Both the position numbers and the translations under genes were made by a program. A DNA stretch of 63,524 bases, the filler included, from Pelomyxa schiedti (Eukaryota; Protista; Evosea), in the NCBI GenBank assembly GCA_020536535.1. It is 5 parts of 5 records of this genome, joined end to end, with 100 filler letters (N's around TTAATTAATTAA, not from the genome) between each part and the next. Parts side by side here need not be neighbours in the genome. Positions count along the whole stretch, not along the records: positions 41,043 to 59,797 come from JAHLWZ010000730.1; positions 59,898 to 61,899 come from JAHLWZ010002182.1; positions 62,000 to 63,524 come from JAHLWZ010002442.1; 2 more parts are not named here. The stretch is one strand, 5' to 3'. Position 1 is the stretch's first letter. Each line of letters opens with the position of its first letter. The notes under the pieces were generated by a model that did not search any database, was not told the origin of the DNA, and was given only the letters and a program-made list of their open reading frames with translations. Below are positions 57,312 through 63,524 of this stretch, one piece after another.

Positions 57312-59421
57312 TTAGCCCTTGAGGCAGCATGCCTTGTACTTTCTTCCAGAACCACAGGGGCAAGGGTCATTCCTACCAACCTTGGGGCCAGTGGGTGCTT
57401 TTCGTTTGATTGTAATGCCCATCTCTTTGGCGCGTCTTTGTATGTTCTCCTCTTGGCGTCTGGAATTGTGGTTGTTTTAGTGCCGAGAGGGTGTGAATGG
57501 GCAGTCTAAAATACCTGTCAAACTCGTCTGCTTCTCTCTTCGTTGTTGGGAACCCGTTGTCAAGTCGCACTACACGTTCAGACATAAGCTTGTCATGGAC
57601 CATTGATATTTTGAACTGACTGATGTCTTCTCGGAGGTTTTTATACTGCGATTTCATGATATCAAAGCCAGTGAGAAGTTCGAACTCGCCGACCTGTTCG
57701 ACGTTGGTGAAAGTGACAAAGCGGTAAATCACAGTAGAATCACCTGAATCTTGAAGTTGTAACAACCTGCCCAAACAATCATTCGGAAAGTTTCCTTGTC
57801 GGGGAATGCGAGGTCCAGGTCGCGGTTCATATCCGCTTGGACTGTGTGAACTTGCCCACTCATAACCGCTTTCACTCCCTTTTGAAAAATAAGTGCAACC
57901 AGGATAAGACTTTCAACGAAATACCTCACAGTGGAAAATCTCCATCGTGCTTGTTATTACTTTGCCCACAATATGTAACTGAAGTCCGGTGCAACCTTGA
58001 AGGAAGATTTTTACACACGGAGCTTCAATCCTATATTGGCAGTCAGTACAATCGATAAAACATATTGCAGCACCCTTTTTTTGAGGCATTATTAAGAAAA
58101 ATAGCCAGTGAGGAGGGGAAGAGGTGGAGGTGGAGGAGGAAAATCAACCTCGGGCACTTCGGTGGAAGTCAATGTTGCATTCACACCAGTTTTCATAGAC
58201 ACGGTGTGGATATTGCTTCCTCTGCCTGACCCAATCATAGCCTGCAATCGAGCTTGGTCTTTGGCAGCAACTGGAGCATCACCCGTGATATTTGCCTTTC
58301 CTGTTCCTGGCATGAGTTTCGGTTTCCCGTCCGCGGAGGCAGTTGTGGTTGTAGAATTGGTGACAAGCTCTGGAGGAAGCGAGGAATTATTAGCTGCAGA
58401 TTGAAGTTGCTCAGGTGGTACTGTGTCGGCAGACACAAACCCTTCAGGAAGGGGTGCAGAGGGATTGGTCTTGGCATGGATAATTTGGGGATTTGCAACG
58501 GGCACCGCTGACGCGGCTGCTTCTTGTTGTGCCTGACGGCTTTTTGCCGCCCTCGTGTGGGCACTGGAGTCGAGAAGAGGAGCAACGTTAGAACAGGTCA
58601 TCGTTAAGAGTGTAAGCAACAATAGACTTACTCAGGCTCGTGGTCAATGGGAACCGCCACCACGTTGCAGTGCTTTTTGTGGTCTCTCCATCCCTTCTTG
58701 AAGCACTGTGCTGAGCAAAACACCACCTGTTGGCACCTAAAAAAACATACACACAGGTGTCACCGAAACTCACACCAGTTTTCATAGACACGGTGTGGAT
58801 ATTGCTTCCTCTGCCTGACCCAATCATAGCCTGCAATCGAGCTTGGTCTTTGGCAGCAACTGGAGCGTCACCCGTGATATTTGCCTTTCCTGTTCCTGGC
58901 ATGAGTTTCGGTTTCCCGTCCGCGGAGGCAGTTGTGGTTGTAGAATTGGTGACAAGCTCTGGAGGAAGCGAGGAATTATTAGCTGCAGNNNNNNNNNNNN
59001 NNNNNNNNNNNNNNNNNNNNNNNNNNNNNNNNNNNNNNNNNNNNNNNNNNNNNNNNNNNNNNNNNNNNNNNNNNNNNNNNNNNNNNNNAAAAAAAAAAAA
59101 AAAAAAAAAAAGCAACCTGCTGCACTGCTTGTGCACGGTTGGATCCAACTTGGCCACGACGGTGCCGCAGCTCCAGCACTTGTGGGTTTGTGGTTGTGGG
59201 GGGGTGCCGCTGTCCGCTGTGGCGGTCGGAGTGCTCGTTGTCGTGGCTGTGGCTGTGGTTGCGGCGGTGGCCGTGGCTTCTACTGCAGCAGGCGAGGCGG
59301 TCGTTTGTGCCGCGGTTGTTGCTGCCGGGGTTGCAGGTGCGTTGTTGGTCGATGTGTTATCCGTTGCCGCCGCGGCGGTGGGCGTTGTCGCAGTTTCGGG
59401 CTTCGGTGTTGCGTCGGTCAT
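57312..59421 (-). CDS. MYND zinc finger + C-CAP/cofactor-C-like beta-helix + C-terminal SEC-C motif protein (spliced)
   Basis: MYND: CWSC...KQCSR|[27 protein letters not shown]-like: [45 protein letters not shown]|GVKAV..VHTVQAD, then [13 protein letters not shown]. Terminal [23 protein letters not shown]. Confidence 0.75.
58771..58988. repeat. Duplicate of 58182-58399 lying within intron 1, next to a gap (likely assembly artefact)
   Basis: Near-identical ~218 bp; abuts an N-run. Confidence 0.8.
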
Positions 59422-59897
59422 TTGATTTTTATTGTCTTCCTTTTTGGCGACTGAGACGACGACCACACAGAGGGCAACCGTCAACAACTATTTGAGAGTG
59501 ATTCGCACCACAATTTACTCTTGTCCAAGTGGGATCGCGTCACATCATGCACCGGCGTGGGGTGAGGTTTTTCGATGCTGGTTCTGTGTAAGCGGGAACA
59601 CACCCGCAACAGATCTGCTGGCCGGAAATAGCACTCCCTTGACACCAAGCAGTTGGTGTACTTCCACCACTTGCGAGACACTTCTCTATTTCAAAGAGAC
59701 TGGATTGGTGTTGCGTGGTTTGAAGTTACAAGATTCTTTTTTTAACACAACGCGGAATGAGGAAGGCAGTTGAGAAGAACAACTCGCAGACTGTTATNNN
59801 NNNNNNNNNNNNNNNNNNNNNNNNNNNNNNNNNNNNNNNNNTTAATTAATTAANNNNNNNNNNNNNNNNNNNNNNNNNNNNNNNNNNNNNNNNNNNN

Positions 59898-60490
59898 CCA
59901 CTCTCTCCACGACCAAGCAGTACCAGCCACTTTGAGTTGGCAGCCTTACACTCGTGTATGAACCCCACAGGCTCCTCACAAACATCGACACTGTCATCCC
60001 TCCTCCTCAGGCCAGCACTGTATATCCACCTCCTCACTGGTTTGGTACGTGGTTGTTTGTGAGGAGGTGGATGTACAGCAGCACATACACCCCCTCCACC
60101 ACCACGACCGTGACTCTGCACTTCACTGAGATCATCAGAATCGAATCTATTCCACAAGTACCGCGTGTCATCCACCAGCGGCCTGTACCGTATCTCACCC
60201 ACGACGCTGAGCAGCAGCGGCGACACCCTCACGCACAAGCTACTATCGCTGGCCCTCATCCCCCAGTAGTCCCTGCCAATCACTCTAACCAGCAACGGCC
60301 TGGCCGTGGACGCCACCAGGTCCCACACCAGCCTGGCCACAACGTGCCCCTCCGTCGCGGGCACCAACGTGGTGCTGGTCGTGGTGGTGGCTATTTCATC
60401 AGTTGCCACGGAACTACTACGCCACGCCGACGCCAACGCGCCAAGTTGGTCACGGGCACGCAGAACGGGGTTGTTGTTGTCGCCCCCCAT
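59898..60490 (-). CDS. Expanded-family gene, 3' truncated by a gap
   Basis: LRARDQLGAL, LVWDLV, VRVSPLLLSV, ANSKWLV. Confidence 0.65.
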
Positions 60491-60920
60491 AACGAACTCC
60501 TCCTCATTTGACGGTGTCAGCATTGTTGCTTTGGTTTTTTTTTTTCCTTGAAACTGGTCCAGATCACATGCAGGGTGGGTCCCAAGCTGACCCAGAAGGT
60601 TGGCCTCAAAAAACTCTACTCAAGGAGCACTGTGATTTCGAATCACACCCAGAGTGGGTTCCAAGCTGTTCCCAAAGGGTGGTCTCAAAATGGGAAAAAA
60701 CACTACCCAAGTGGAGAAAGTGGAGGTAAAATCACAACGGGCTCGATGTGGGAGCTCCCAATGTGGACGCACAGTGTTCCCCAGGTGGTCCCTGTTCCAG
60801 CCCCTCCTCCCCATGTACTTTCTGAAAGCAAATAATTTTTTTTCTTTTGCCTGAAGTGGAAAACCAACTTCAGCCAGGAATGGAAGCGTGCAGGAGCCCA
60901 GTGGGGTGGGGTGTGTAGGA

Positions 60921-61028
60921 GTGAGAGAGCGAGCGAGAGAGTGAGAGCGTGAGAGTGAGAGAGCGAGAGTGAGAGCGTGAGAGTGAGAGCGTGAGAGTGA
61001 GAGCGAGAGAGCGAGAGCGCGAGAGAGC
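60921..61028. repeat. GA-rich compound microsatellite (GAGAGT/GAGAGC)n
   Basis: Directly visible. Confidence 0.9.
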
Positions 61029-61999
61029 AAGGGCAAGGGGTGTTAGTGCCGAGGTGAAGTGGGTGGAGGCGGAAGTAAAGCCTGACATTGCACTCTGTTT
61101 GTCAGCCCTTCTGGCATCCAGGGTCCTGTTGTCGTTGAGTGGGGTGATGTTAAAAAGGGAATGTACCTTGGTCATAGATTGAGTAGGCAGGTCGGCCTAC
61201 ACCTAAATAATATCTTGAGCCTAGAGAAAAAGTCAAAAAAAAAAAAAAAAAGAAGAAGAAGCCACCAACCAGAAGGAGGTCACAAAGTGCCAGAAATGCA
61301 GAGGCGCAGGGACAGTCTTCGCATTTACCTGTCATGGTTTAGTGGGGGTGATCATACAAAGAGAGAGGGGGATTTACCTTCTTGGTGATGACAGGCTTTC
61401 ATCTCAGCAGCCGGCAAGTTGCCACACCTGGTCTCAAGTGTGAGAAATCGAAAAAGAAAAACAGAGAAATACCTGCAGTTCAAGTCTGCCTTGCTTGGAT
61501 TCTGCAGAAATCGAAAAAGAAAAAAAGGAGGAGTCACACAAATGTGGGAAAAGAAAAAATCTGGGATTGGAGGTGAAGTGATGTTTAAGTTTGGGGTGAC
61601 GATGAAAAGGGAGAGGGGGATTTACCATGGTGACAGGCTGTCATTGCAAGTCCAGTCCACCACCAACTGTACAAGGTGAAACGAGAAAAAGAAGAAATAA
61701 GAAACCATACCAGTGAGTGGCTGAGCTGCTGAAAGTCACAGAGGGCTCCAATGCCAACACTCCCATGTGCATACAGCGTGAATGCGTAAAAAGGACCTAG
61801 AAGTGAGTTATATATTGGGGGGTAGACTTAGAAGACTAAGCTAAACGAAAACGAAATAAAACAAGCTTTAACACGAAAAATTATAGCAAAACAAAAAGAN
61901 NNNNNNNNNNNNNNNNNNNNNNNNNNNNNNNNNNNNNNNNNNNTTAATTAATTAANNNNNNNNNNNNNNNNNNNNNNNNNNNNNNNNNNNNNNNNNNNN

Positions 62000-62537
<538 letters not shown>

Positions 62538-62633
62538 TCCGAGAAGAATACGTTTGATGAAGAGTTTGATTTTTTTTTGTTTCTTTGTCATCAAGAAATG
62601 TTGATGTCAACGAAAGAAAGGGGTGATGGTGTG

Positions 62634-63524
62634 TCACCAGATGCGAGAGGAGCGAGGAACAAAAGCGGCAAAGGAGCAACCAGGGAGGAGGAACTCAACA
62701 GTGGCAACAGTCTTCATGTCTGACGATGCATCAATCACGTGCAGTTTCTTCTTGTCGTCACTCACTTTCAGAAAGAACCCAAGGCCAATCATGAAGAAAT
62801 CCATATGGGGAACTTGGATGCAGGAAATTGCGTTGTGGAGGTTGTTGCAATCCCAGACCAGAACTTGGGTCTTTTGTATCACACAGAACAAGGACTCACT
62901 CAGTTGAGACAATCCTCTGGCTCCTCTGTTTGGAATTGAGGTCTCAATTGTTTCTTGGGCACCCCTTGGCTCCACTGAATAGATGGGACACTGACGGGGA
63001 CGGGGAGAAAACGAAGCAATGAAAATGACTTGGCCGTTGCTTTTTCTCATTGGCAGAAGACATGTGATCCTTGAACCGGGGGAACTGGACATCCACTTGA
63101 TTGAGGTCATCTTGAGGGTTTTTGTTGCCCAGGATGCAGCCAAATCAATGGTCCAAAGTGTGAGCTCGTATTTGAAAATGTCAGTCAACGCTTCACCAGC
63201 ACGGTCGTAGAGCAGCTGAAAGGCTTCATTCTCAACAAACTTATTGAGGCCGACAAAGCCACAGACCATTTCACGAGGGAACGGGAAGACATGGTCAGCA
63301 ACAGCAGCACCCCGTTGTGTTGGCAGACTCCCCAAGATGATTCTGCTTTCCCGTGTGCGTTTACCACTGCAACAAGCCACGAACCACTTGCTGTTGACGC
63401 AAGACCAGTTGTCTCCAGAGAGGTACATTGAGTCATCAAGTTTCTCAGCATACACCAGCGTGTCAATTCCCATAAGTTCATCCCTCAAGCGCAGCTCACG
63501 GCGCGACACCCATTTTACTCCCCG
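62634..63524 (-). CDS. 3' part of an expanded-family gene (same subfamily as 1160..2764), continuing beyond the window
   Basis: CVNSKWFV, TIDLAAS, LSQLSESLFCV, VWDCNN, LHVIDASS. Confidence 0.75.
   Translation of the reverse strand, partial: RGVKWVSRRELRLRDELMGIDTLVYAEKLDDSMYLSGDNWSCVNSKWFVACCSGKRTRESRIILGSLPTQRGAAVADHVFPFPREMVCGFVGLNKFVENEAFQLLYDRAGEALTDIFKYELTLWTIDLAASWATKTLKMTSIKWMSSSPGSRITCLLPMRKSNGQVIFIASFSPRPRQCPIYSVEPRGAQETIETSIPNRGARGLSQLSESLFCVIQKTQVLVWDCNNLHNAISCIQVPHMDFFMIGLGFFLKVSDDKKKLHVIDASSDMKTVATVEFLLPGCSFAAFVPRSSRIW

Noticed and set aside
58771-58988. Exon duplication or alternative exon in the MYND gene
   Set aside because: Near-identical, gap-adjacent, out of order and without its own usable splice context; most likely an assembly overlap.

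Overview
Eukaryotic, intron-rich DNA with short (~40-60 nt) GT-AG introns. The gene content suggests an anaerobic amoebozoan of the Archamoebae/Pelomyxa type (inference). It is a draft scaffold with N-gaps, artificial TTAATTAATTAA linkers and some uncollapsed duplicate segments. Contents: (i) a cluster of an expanded, intronless, lineage-specific gene family (intact copies, pseudogenes, fragments); (ii) two paralogous small secreted-type proteins; (iii) a DH-PH RhoGEF; (iv) a very large Pro-rich scaffold with WH2-like and DPF/NPF motifs; (v) a HAS1/DDX18-like DEAD-box helicase; (vi) ~10 kb of decayed repeats including a long inverted repeat; (vii) one gap-free contig (41043-58988) with an intronless ankyrin-SecA-like ATPase, a MYND-CAP_C-SEC-C protein, and the main discovery. 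That discovery is a manually spliced ~17-intron gene encoding an [FeFe]-hydrogenase with intact H-cluster motifs, fused to flavodoxin and an FAD-binding domain. Where the NAD(P)H-binding domain would be, it has an Entamoeba-TMK-type Ig-like domain plus a complete protein kinase. This is a candidate eukaryotic H2/redox-sensing kinase. All exon models were built by eye and need RNA-seq confirmation.
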